A stretch of 64,000 nucleotides of DNA, from the NCBI GenBank assembly GCA_965116885.1, contig OZ220741.1, positions 608,001-672,000 of the forward strand, in the 5' to 3' direction. A program made the position numbers and the translations under genes. Source of the DNA: Candidatus Latescibacterota bacterium (GTDB lineage: Bacteria; Latescibacterota; UBA2968). The notes under the pieces are model-generated. The model saw only the letters and a program-made list of their open reading frames with translations, did no database searches and was not told the origin of the DNA. Below, piece after piece: positions 39,623-48,460 of this stretch. How positions within the stretch are numbered: position 1 is the stretch's first letter; each line of letters starts with the position of its first letter.

Positions 39623-39882
39623 AGTGTAATCCGCAGATGACGCAAATAAATAAAGAGGGGCTGGATAGACTGGCTGCTGACCGCTAAGAGTGGGAAGGAG
39701 ATGAACCACGTACTCTATTGCGCTATTTTCACAGGGATTGTATCCTGTGCAATTCAGGACATCAAGACCGCGTCCTTTGTTCGGTTTCAGAAAGTGGAGC
39801 GACCCACTGCGGTTATAAGAAACGACGTATAAAGAAATCTATGCAAGGAGACAATACGATTTAGTTCCAAAGGAGAAGCGTA

Positions 39883-40722
39883 ATGAATAGGACAGTGTTG
39901 AATCTTGAAACTGTAACACCAATGTTTTTACATGGTGAGAATAGTCGAAATCTCGAACTTCGACCACCGCCGTTCAAATCACTGATGCGTTATTGGTGGC
40001 GAACTGTGCAGGATTGCGAATGGAAATCGCTTCAGAAGGACGAAGCAAAATTATTTGGTAGCACAGATCGTAAAGCACCATTCTCAATTCGTATTTTAGG
40101 AGAAACGGAACTGGACCGTAGGCGCTATAAACCGTTGCCACATCGAACTGATAATCGTGGTTTTCAGACAGATGCGTATAAAGAGGGACAGTCATTTGAC
40201 CTGTATCTGATTACAAAAAACGGATCAAATACTTCGACTTATGAACAGATTGCAAAACTCGGCTTTTTGCTCGGCGGCGTTGGGAATCGATCACGACGTG
40301 GATTCGGTTCGATTCGTGAAACAAACTGGAATTTCACAGACGTTTCTGATCTACGGCAGGAAGTTTTGAATACTCTAAACGCTGTCGCAGGCACTAATCA
40401 TTTTCAGATGATGGGCCAGATCATTGAATCTAAACTCACTCGTTTTCCAGATTATCCTGTTATTATGTCTATCTATTTTGGCAATCCAACGCCCCAGATT
40501 GACACCCTATTAAGGAAAATCGGACAGGCGACTCATACTCATAAAGATGATGCTTTGGGTTATGCAAAAGGAAGACAACGGCTGGCTTCACCTATTCATG
40601 TTCGTATCCAGAAGATGGGATGGAAATATATTCCAATTGTGACCCAACTTTACTTTCCGAAATTCAAACCAGAGAATTTTGAACAAAAGCAAAAGGATTT
40701 TATTGACGCCATCATCACTTAG
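39883..40722 (+). CDS. cmr1: Type III-B RAMP protein Cmr1
   Basis: LETVTPMFLHG, ELRPPPFKSLMRYWWR, LFGS, LGGVGNRSRRGFGS, RLASP. Confidence 0.92.
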   Translation: MNRTVLNLETVTPMFLHGENSRNLELRPPPFKSLMRYWWRTVQDCEWKSLQKDEAKLFGSTDRKAPFSIRILGETELDRRRYKPLPHRTDNRGFQTDAYKEGQSFDLYLITKNGSNTSTYEQIAKLGFLLGGVGNRSRRGFGSIRETNWNFTDVSDLRQEVLNTLNAVAGTNHFQMMGQIIESKLTRFPDYPVIMSIYFGNPTPQIDTLLRKIGQATHTHKDDALGYAKGRQRLASPIHVRIQKMGWKYIPIVTQLYFPKFKPENFEQKQKDFIDAIIT

Positions 40723-40732
40723 GAGGCTTTCT

Positions 40733-42619
40733 ATGAGTGGCAACCGGACGAAACGTCTCATGCTCATGTTTACAATTGGTCCTGTGCAATCGTTTATTGA
40801 AGCAGCTCGGAAGACAGAGGACTTGTGGATGGGGAGTTATATTCTGTCTTATCTTATCGCTAAAGCAATGGACAAAGTTCGTGGCGACGATATTGAGCTG
40901 ATATATCCCGCTATTGGAAACCAATCGCCATTTGAATTTTGGAAACAACAAGATTTCGCAACCCCATCTTTTCCAAATCTTTTTTTAGCAATTGGCAACG
41001 GTATTGAGGTTTCTCAGAATGCATTGATTGAACTCGCAAAAGATGCTGAACGTACTATAAAAACCGAATTTGAGCGAATGGCGGAATGTGTGATTGATAA
41101 GGCATTCAGCAACAAGTGGCGTGGTACTTATGTAGAGGAAGTGTTCAAGCGACAAATCTCGGATTTTTTTGATGTCTATTGGGTGATTACCCAAGAAGCA
41201 GAGCAAAATTACGGGGATTGGTACGATCACACCGCAAGCAATCTCGCAGCTATCAAAAATTGCCGAACATTCGCACAGATCCGTGAGTTTGGACGGAAGT
41301 GTTCACTTGATGGAACACGCGAAATTCTCCATTTGAGACAAGACGAAACTGTGCGAGAAGCAATGAAATGGTGGCAGGGCTTTGCTGAACGCGAACCGAA
41401 GTATTGCCGCAGGGAAGAGGCTCTGTGTGCCGTTTCATTAACCAAACGGATGGGAAGGCATTTTCTGGAGACCCAATCGGAATTTTCAGATCATTTTTCT
41501 ATTCAATCTCTGAACTTTCCATCTACATCGGAGATAGCTACAGCGGACTTCAAAGAACAATTCCAACTCAATATTGGGGCCTTAGGCATTTATGGAGATT
41601 TCGTTAAAGAAGTCAAAAAGTTGAGGACATTGGACAACAAACCAGCAGATATTCCAATTATTCAACCGTTACCAAAAATCGGGATGCTCCAGGGGAATAT
41701 TGATGGCGAGTGGCTGTACGAAGAGACTTGGAACGAGTCCTATCTAAGGCGTTACTACAACATTGATGCAAAAAACCAGAATAAACAGATTCAGACTTGT
41801 AAGAGATTGCACCATAAACTTGTCCAATGTCTTGGTGAACCGGGGCGATATTATGCTGCCATTGCACTTGATGGCGATAACATGGGCGAGAAGATTCGGG
41901 AAGCTAAATGCAAGGAAGACCATGAAAAACGCAGCAATGATCTGATTCAATATACGAAAGATGCTCGTCGGATTACTGAACAAGAGCATCTCGGAAAACT
42001 GACCTATGCGGGTGGTGACGACATCCTTGCACTCGCAAACCTCAAAGACCTCTTACCTATACTGAAAGGCTTGCGCGAAACATTTCCCAATTTCACGACT
42101 GCTTCGGTAGGTGTATGTATTGCCCACAATAAAGTTCCACTGGGAGAGGTGCTTCAGCAAGCGCGTCAAATGGAGAAAGTAGCGAAAAATGAAGGTGAAC
42201 GGAATGCTCTTGGAATCACGCTGTTTAAGCACTCCGGAAATATCAGCCAGACAGTAACAAAGTGGACGCCCGGCGATTTGGATGTGCTCAATATTAGTGA
42301 GGAGTTACTCAAATTATTGAGCGATAATGAAATTTCTAAGCGTTTTTTGTACGCTTTCCGTGAGACATTTGCCAAATTAATTGAAGACGAAGATGATTTC
42401 GGGGAACTGGGCCGTCACCTTATTCAAGCTGAGTTTGAACGGATTATGGAACGGGCACATTCGAACAAAAAAACAGAACTCAAAGAAAGTCAACAAACCA
42501 TCCATACACTTACTCAACTCATCTATCATATCCAGCCTTTCTCTCACTTTCTCGGATATTTAGAAATTATCAATTTCATTGCGAGGATAAAAAATGAAAC
42601 TGTTTCTCCAACCCAATGA
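40733..42619 (+). CDS. cas10: Cas10/Cmr2 without HD domain, with intact GGDD cyclase motif
   Basis: Begins directly at FTIGPVQSFIEAARKTEDLWMGSYILS; YYAAIALDGDNMG; YAGGDDILA; TASVGVCIAH. Confidence 0.95.
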   Translation: MSGNRTKRLMLMFTIGPVQSFIEAARKTEDLWMGSYILSYLIAKAMDKVRGDDIELIYPAIGNQSPFEFWKQQDFATPSFPNLFLAIGNGIEVSQNALIELAKDAERTIKTEFERMAECVIDKAFSNKWRGTYVEEVFKRQISDFFDVYWVITQEAEQNYGDWYDHTASNLAAIKNCRTFAQIREFGRKCSLDGTREILHLRQDETVREAMKWWQGFAEREPKYCRREEALCAVSLTKRMGRHFLETQSEFSDHFSIQSLNFPSTSEIATADFKEQFQLNIGALGIYGDFVKEVKKLRTLDNKPADIPIIQPLPKIGMLQGNIDGEWLYEETWNESYLRRYYNIDAKNQNKQIQTCKRLHHKLVQCLGEPGRYYAAIALDGDNMGEKIREAKCKEDHEKRSNDLIQYTKDARRITEQEHLGKLTYAGGDDILALANLKDLLPILKGLRETFPNFTTASVGVCIAHNKVPLGEVLQQARQMEKVAKNEGERNALGITLFKHSGNISQTVTKWTPGDLDVLNISEELLKLLSDNEISKRFLYAFRETFAKLIEDEDDFGELGRHLIQAEFERIMERAHSNKKTELKESQQTIHTLTQLIYHIQPFSHFLGYLEIINFIARIKNETVSPTQ

Positions 42620-43763
42620 TACCTTCTTTTTTCGCGACGGGCGTCCTTTTACAAAAGGCGAACAGTCTGAAGGTCATTCAATTTTTCCACCCCTTCCCTC
42701 GACAGTTCTCGGTGCGTTGCGTACTGCATACATCGCTGAATTTGGTGATCTATCGCTTTTCTATTCCGGCGGGATGCGAGAGACGATTGGTACGCCAGAA
42801 TCACTGGACAATGCTATTCAAGTGCGCGGTGTTTTTCTTGCAAATAGGCGAAGCAATCAGATGGGTCGAATGGAAATATTTTTTCCAGTGCCACTTGATC
42901 TGGTATATAAAAAAATAGAAAAGAGAGATGATCATACCCTGCTTCATTTACTGACGCCGCAATCTAAAAATTTTGCGTCGAACGGGATAATCAGCACGCC
43001 TCTTACATGGCTAAATTCCGAGTCCATTGATTTCGATGCAGATGGATTGTTACGACTGGGGGCAATCACACGATACTTACAAGGAAACAGTCAGAACCTG
43101 CTTCTTACAAACCGAGCAACATTGGTTGAGCGCGAAACCAAAACGGGTATCGCGCGGGATAGACACACTTTGTCGTCCGAAGAACACATGTTGTATCGTA
43201 TTGATATGTCGAGATTTAAAAATAGAGATGGCAATTACGGCTTTGTGGTAGAATATGAATGCCCTATGAATTTGCCACAAAAAGGACTTTTGAAATTAGG
43301 TGGAGAAGGCAAAGGTTTTGTCTATCAGCACAGCAACTATGATATTGATCCACTGTCCAGCCGTCTTGAGGCAGTCAAACGAGCCATCCAATCAACAAAC
43401 AGATTCAAGCTATATTTTGCAACGCCGACCATATTCCGGAACGGATGGTTACCTTCATGGTTGAATAGCGATACGCTTTCGGGTGAATACCCACTGGAGA
43501 ATACAGCACCAATTTCACTCAAATTAATCACCGCCGCGGTTGGTAAACCTGTTCCTGTTGGCGGATGGGACATGGCAAAAGGTGAGGCAAAACCCAACTA
43601 TCGCGCAGTGCCTGCTGGCAGCGTCTATTACTTTGAATTGATGGATAAAAATCGAATTGATGATTTAATCGCCGCTTTTCACTACCAAAACATTAGCGAG
43701 GAGCGTTCTGAGGAGGGATTTGGACTTACTCTTATCGGTGTCGCACAGGAGGGAAATGCATGA
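42594..43763 (+). CDS. cmr3: Cmr3
   Basis: PNDTFFFRDGRPF, FPPLPSTVLGALRT, LGGEGK, VGGWD, AVPAGSVYYFE, EGFG. Confidence 0.93.
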   Translation: MKLFLQPNDTFFFRDGRPFTKGEQSEGHSIFPPLPSTVLGALRTAYIAEFGDLSLFYSGGMRETIGTPESLDNAIQVRGVFLANRRSNQMGRMEIFFPVPLDLVYKKIEKRDDHTLLHLLTPQSKNFASNGIISTPLTWLNSESIDFDADGLLRLGAITRYLQGNSQNLLLTNRATLVERETKTGIARDRHTLSSEEHMLYRIDMSRFKNRDGNYGFVVEYECPMNLPQKGLLKLGGEGKGFVYQHSNYDIDPLSSRLEAVKRAIQSTNRFKLYFATPTIFRNGWLPSWLNSDTLSGEYPLENTAPISLKLITAAVGKPVPVGGWDMAKGEAKPNYRAVPAGSVYYFELMDKNRIDDLIAAFHYQNISEERSEEGFGLTLIGVAQEGNA

Positions 43764-45010
43764 AGACGCTTATAACACCAGTCGGCACATCGCTCTTTAC
43801 AAACTATCTTGATGAGAATGGGGACAGTGCCTTTAGACACAATTATGAAACAATCAGAAGATCTCCCGCTTCGGAATGGGATGAGTATGATTATGAAATT
43901 GAGGATCTAAAAACGTCCAGTCTTGAATTTATTAAAAAAGAAAAGGAATCCGCGTCTGCGGAACTTCAGAGTATCGCTAAAATTCAAGAAAAATTCAAAG
44001 AGGACCTCGAAGTTCGTCTATTTGCCTCAGACACGATTGCTTCGCGATTGGCTGCGAAGATTTTAGCGGATGATAAAGTGGCTTCAGTTTTAGGCGATAA
44101 TATCTCTGTCACATTCGATACACAAACAGATGTGATCAAGGGGCTTCAGGTTGAAGATCCCAAAGTCTTTTCGCAGGAAGGCCTGTCCAACTTGATTCAA
44201 AAGATCAATTCGGCCAGCAATAATGCCGGGGGCTATCAGGAACTTGCTATCAATATCACCGGAGGGTTCAAAGCCACCTTGCCATATCTGACGATTTTGG
44301 CACAACTCAATCGTGTTCCACTTTACTACACATTTGAAGATACTGAAGCACTCATCTCGATTCCACAAGCACCGTTAGTTATTGATTGGGGTTTGATTGA
44401 ACGCTATTCCGACGTTCTCAGAAAAATTGATGAGGGAATAGGAAATTGGTCGGCATTCAGAAACCAACATTACCAGGCTGTTCAAGATTTGGAGGCATTC
44501 ATTGAAGTTGTTGACGAAATGGCATTTCTTTCCCCTATTGGCCAAATTTTCTGGAATCACTATCAAAGATACTTTATCGTCGAATTGCCAAGAGGAAGTT
44601 ATTTCAAATATGACTTCAGAGAACGCGGCTTGATTGATCAATCCATTGAAGAGCTTTATAGACGGTTAGACACCGTTCTAAGACCAGATCTTCTCGATCT
44701 GGTGAAGTGCTATAAACGCATTCGCGATTTGGGACATAATGATGACTTAAATCATACTGGACAAATCCCAAATCCTACGAGAAGTCCGAATCGAGAAATG
44801 TTCATTTTCAAATCGACAAATGAAGAGCAGATACGGTTGCTATACACCTTTAAGGTGAATGAACGAGAGATCACTCGGCTTACAATATTTGATCTTCTTT
44901 GTCGAGATTTTAACCACAGTACTTATTTTGATACATGGAAACGCAAATTTGGTCGTCAAAATTTTCCTGATATTGACTTTGTCACACGCACATTTGAAAT
45001 TCCTTCATAG
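43760..45010 (+). CDS. APE2256-family CARF effector with a possible C-terminal RelE-like domain (Cami1-like)
   Basis: LITPVGTSL, SAELQS, ASDT, INITGGFKA, LYYTFE, LSPIGQIF, then a ~130-aa tail with IRLLYTF and a terminal H..Y. Confidence 0.75.
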   Translation: MKTLITPVGTSLFTNYLDENGDSAFRHNYETIRRSPASEWDEYDYEIEDLKTSSLEFIKKEKESASAELQSIAKIQEKFKEDLEVRLFASDTIASRLAAKILADDKVASVLGDNISVTFDTQTDVIKGLQVEDPKVFSQEGLSNLIQKINSASNNAGGYQELAINITGGFKATLPYLTILAQLNRVPLYYTFEDTEALISIPQAPLVIDWGLIERYSDVLRKIDEGIGNWSAFRNQHYQAVQDLEAFIEVVDEMAFLSPIGQIFWNHYQRYFIVELPRGSYFKYDFRERGLIDQSIEELYRRLDTVLRPDLLDLVKCYKRIRDLGHNDDLNHTGQIPNPTRSPNREMFIFKSTNEEQIRLLYTFKVNEREITRLTIFDLLCRDFNHSTYFDTWKRKFGRQNFPDIDFVTRTFEIPS

Positions 45011-45032
45011 GTTTTAACAAGGAGAAACCAAA

Positions 45033-45995
45033 ATGTTCAAACAAGCTAAACCCCTCTTTCTTATCGTCGAAACCCCACTCCACGCTGGTAGCGGTAATGA
45101 CTTGGGCATTGTTGATCTCCCGATCCAGCGGGAAAAGCATACGGATTATCCAAAAATCGAAGCATCTGGACTAAAGGGCAGCATACGTGAAATTTTTGAT
45201 GCTCAAGGAAATAAATCTGAAATCGATCTTGTATTCGGCCCCGAACAAGGCGACTTACACGCTGGTGCTTTGGGATTTACGGATGCACGTCTCTTGCTTT
45301 TCCCAGTCAAGTCGGTCAAAAACGTGTTTGCCTGGGTAACCTGTCCCGCAGTTTTAGAGCGTTTCAAACATGACCTTGCCATCTGTCAGCCGAATATTGA
45401 GTTTATTGATGATCTCCCCGATAGTGAGGCGGTGACGACAGAGAGCGAACTAATTATTAAGGATAATAAAATCGTGCTGGAAGAATACACATTCGCGGTT
45501 AGCCAAAACAAAGAATGTGATGCTATTGCAGATTGGATTATCGAAAACGTTCTGCCAAAGGATCCGGGCTACAATTATTGGCGCGATAAGATGAAACGAG
45601 ATATGGTCGTGTTGACCGATGATGATTTCCGTGATTTCGTAACGCTTTCGACAGAAGTCATTGCCCGCACCAAAATCGACAGTGAAACCGGTACCGTTGC
45701 AAAAGGTGCGCTGTGGTACGAGGAATACTTGCCGACTGACTCTATTCTCTATTCGCTTGCCTTGACCACACCCATCTTTAAGGAAAATGACGCCGATAAA
45801 GGTATTTTCCAATTGACCGATCAGGATAAAGAAGAGAAACGCGATGAGTCGGAAAAGGTAATGGACTTCTTTGTGGATGGATTGCCGAATGTCATTCAGA
45901 TCGGCGGCAATGCAACCGTGGGCAAGGGTATAGTTCGTACACACGTTTATCAAAATGGAGGAGAAAACCATGCCACAAACTCCGACAATGCGTAA
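45033..45995 (+). CDS. cmr4: Cmr4
   Basis: TPLHAGSG, IVDLPIQRE (catalytic Asp), FTDARLLLFPVKS, GALWYEEYLP, QIGGNATVGKG. Confidence 0.96.
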   Translation: MFKQAKPLFLIVETPLHAGSGNDLGIVDLPIQREKHTDYPKIEASGLKGSIREIFDAQGNKSEIDLVFGPEQGDLHAGALGFTDARLLLFPVKSVKNVFAWVTCPAVLERFKHDLAICQPNIEFIDDLPDSEAVTTESELIIKDNKIVLEEYTFAVSQNKECDAIADWIIENVLPKDPGYNYWRDKMKRDMVVLTDDDFRDFVTLSTEVIARTKIDSETGTVAKGALWYEEYLPTDSILYSLALTTPIFKENDADKGIFQLTDQDKEEKRDESEKVMDFFVDGLPNVIQIGGNATVGKGIVRTHVYQNGGENHATNSDNA

Positions 45996-46368
45996 GGGAA
46001 TTGAACAAGGGCGTGCCAAGTACGCTTTTGAGGCAGTGAGCAGTGTTAATGGTGACAGATTGAAGAAAGAGTATAAATCCGCGGCAAAGAAACTCCCCGT
46101 CTTAATAAAAACGAATGGACTTGGGCAGTCTTTGGCATTCATTAAGAAAAGGAATAACGGGCACGACAGGCTATACGAACAAGTTGGAAACTGGCTCCAA
46201 GCCGTAGATACCAAACAGTTGGTTTCGACTGGCGAACTTGTGGAACAAGTCATCGAACTCAAATCACCCGACTATCGGCAAGTTACTGTCGAAACGCTCG
46301 CACTACTCAATTGGATTCGCCGATTTGTCGATGGACTCATGGATGATGTGGAGGAGAATGATGCTTAA
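45970..46368 (+). CDS. cmr5: Cmr5 small subunit
   Basis: EQGRAKYA, YKSAAKKLPVLIKTNGLGQSLAF, WIRRF. Confidence 0.94.
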   Translation: MPQTPTMRKGIEQGRAKYAFEAVSSVNGDRLKKEYKSAAKKLPVLIKTNGLGQSLAFIKKRNNGHDRLYEQVGNWLQAVDTKQLVSTGELVEQVIELKSPDYRQVTVETLALLNWIRRFVDGLMDDVEENDA

Positions 46369-47443
46369 TTTCCATCCATTGGATACGAGGGAACTGGTTC
46401 GCTCAAATAATCAGATTGATAATTTCGCGTTGCGTTACCGACATTCCTTGCAGGTTACTCGCGATGGTGAGAAATACAAATTTCAACTTTCCGATCCGAC
46501 GTTTAGTAAATCTTATGATGAATTGATTGAGCAGTTGCGAGAACGTCAAACAGAGCAATTTCTCCAATTTGTTATGCAGGATATCAGGCTTTACTGCGTT
46601 GATGCAACAGTTGATTGGCGACTAATTGTTGGCCTCGGCAGTGAGCATGTTCAAGAGACAAACATGACACTTCATCATATCTACGGCATTCCGTACATTC
46701 CCGGAAGTGCCGTGAAAGGCGTGTTGCGGCATTGGTGGGTGCAAGAGGATTTCGACAACAACGAAGACAAAGCACTGAAAGATAAAAATTTTCTCGCTCT
46801 CTTTGGAAGTCAAAAACGGCGCGGAGAAGTGCAATTTCTTGACGCCTATCCTGAGCAAGTCCATTTTGCGAAAGATATTATGAATCCACACTATCCCGAA
46901 TATTACAGTGGTAGCGCACCACCAACAGATTCTCAAAATCCAAGACCTATCAATTTTTTAACTGTTGAGAAGACCGCCTTTCGGTTCGCTTTCTTAGCGA
47001 AGAAGCAGAAACTTCTCGATAAACTCAAGGCACGATTTGAAGATGTATTAGAGCTGAAGGGCATCGGTGCGAAAACAGCGGTTGGCTATGGGTATTTCCG
47101 AAATTTTGAAGATCAGACCGACAAAATTATTGACACATTCAAGCGTCAACAACAAGCTGAACGGGAAGAAGCGGAAAGACAGCAAGAAGCCGAGAGATTG
47201 GCAAGTCTTTCTCCTGTCGAACAAATTGTCGAAGAATTGAATGGTCTCGCTGACAATTCTGTGGATGAAGCGCGTGTTACCGATATCTACAACATAGAAC
47301 TCCTATCTCTTGAAGGAGATGATCAACAGATGGTCGCACAGGCATTGAAAGCTTATTGGGAACGTATCAATAAGTGGAGTGGCGGTTCGAGGAAACAGAG
47401 AACAAAGGTGCAAAAGGTTAAGTCAATTTTGGGAGAGAGTTGA
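46358..47443 (+). CDS. cmr6: Cmr6
   Basis: WRLIVGLG, LHHIYGIPYIPGSAVKG, FLDAYP, DIMNPHY, PINFLTV, GIGAKTAVGYG. Confidence 0.95.
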   Translation: MMLNFHPLDTRELVRSNNQIDNFALRYRHSLQVTRDGEKYKFQLSDPTFSKSYDELIEQLRERQTEQFLQFVMQDIRLYCVDATVDWRLIVGLGSEHVQETNMTLHHIYGIPYIPGSAVKGVLRHWWVQEDFDNNEDKALKDKNFLALFGSQKRRGEVQFLDAYPEQVHFAKDIMNPHYPEYYSGSAPPTDSQNPRPINFLTVEKTAFRFAFLAKKQKLLDKLKARFEDVLELKGIGAKTAVGYGYFRNFEDQTDKIIDTFKRQQQAEREEAERQQEAERLASLSPVEQIVEELNGLADNSVDEARVTDIYNIELLSLEGDDQQMVAQALKAYWERINKWSGGSRKQRTKVQKVKSILGES

Positions 47444-47449
47444 CTATAG

Positions 47450-48179
47450 TAATCTGGCAAAAATCTTTGGTGAACGGGTGGGTGAAACAGGAGCAGACTT
47501 TTGTGCGATCAACGCCACAGGTGGCTATAAAGCCCAGATCGCCATTGCCGTTCTGATGGGCCAGGCACTCGACATTCCAGTGTATTACAAACATGAACGC
47601 TTTGATGCCATTATCCCGTTTCCACCTATGCCAGTGGCACTCGATTTTTCAATCTGGCAGCGGGCCAGTGGCATGTTTATGGTACTCGGCAAAGGCGACA
47701 TTATTCCGTGGGAGCAGTATCGTGAGGATTGGGATGAACGATTTGAGCCACTGGTCAATCGCGAGGAAATTGATGGCGAGGACTATCTGGAACTCTCGGC
47801 GACGGGACAGATCTTTCACGAGACCTTCCGAACCCGTTTTCAGCAGATAAAGGCCCACAGTCTTCCGCGACCAGCAACAGATAATGAGAAGTAAGCCCCC
47901 AATCTGGGCAATCACGGATACGGACAAGCTCAGACTCCCATTTTGCGGTTCCTGCAAAAGCTTACTGATGAGGTCCCTTACATCCGCTTTTGCCACTCAA
48001 CGTATTGGAACCCGGACCTGCCTGAATCAACCCGGTTTCGGTCATCGGGCGGAGAAGTCCAGGGCATATACTCCAATGGAACCTGGTGCGTGAAGTTTAA
48101 GGTGCATACAACATCAGATGATCAGGAGGTATTACCCGGCATTGTGGCCGATCTCAACGACTGGATAGAGAAAGGTTAA
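47450..48179 (+). pseudogene. 5'-truncated, nonsense-interrupted second APE2256-type CARF gene
   Basis: AINATGGYKAQIAIAVLMGQALDIPVYYKHERF...LSATGQIF; no start codon or N-terminal half; in-frame TAA at 47892-47894, with the frame continuing to 48179. Confidence 0.8.
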
Positions 48180-48460
48180 AAGAGAGTTTTCAGTTTGATT
48201 GAAGCCAGTGGATGCGACCCAGAGGCGTCGATCAATGTCATGCTGGCAGCTTGAGCGTGTAGCGAACAACGCGCGTGAGGATTATAGGCATTTCCTCAAG
48301 TTCTGGTGGGTCGCAAATTTCTAACTTTTTGCAGGAGTGTGTATTATGAACAAAGAATCGAAAGCAATTTTTCATTTTTGGGAGGATTTTGTATGTCAAA
48401 ATGGCCTGAGTCGCAAACCGCCTTGTAACTATCTGTAACAGAGGGAATAACACAGACGGT
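48180..48460 (+). promoter_or_regulatory. CRISPR leader region
   Basis: Non-coding, partly AT-rich, adjacent to the most uniform repeats; the degenerate terminal repeat is at the far end. Confidence 0.65.

Noticed and set aside
47892..47894. Recoding of the internal stop in the second CARF gene
   Set aside because: The codon is TAA rather than TGA or TAG, and the gene also lacks its 5' half.
48243..48260. CTGGCAGC as a sigma-54 promoter for the array
   Set aside because: There is no GC/TTGC at the -12 position and no enhancer boxes.
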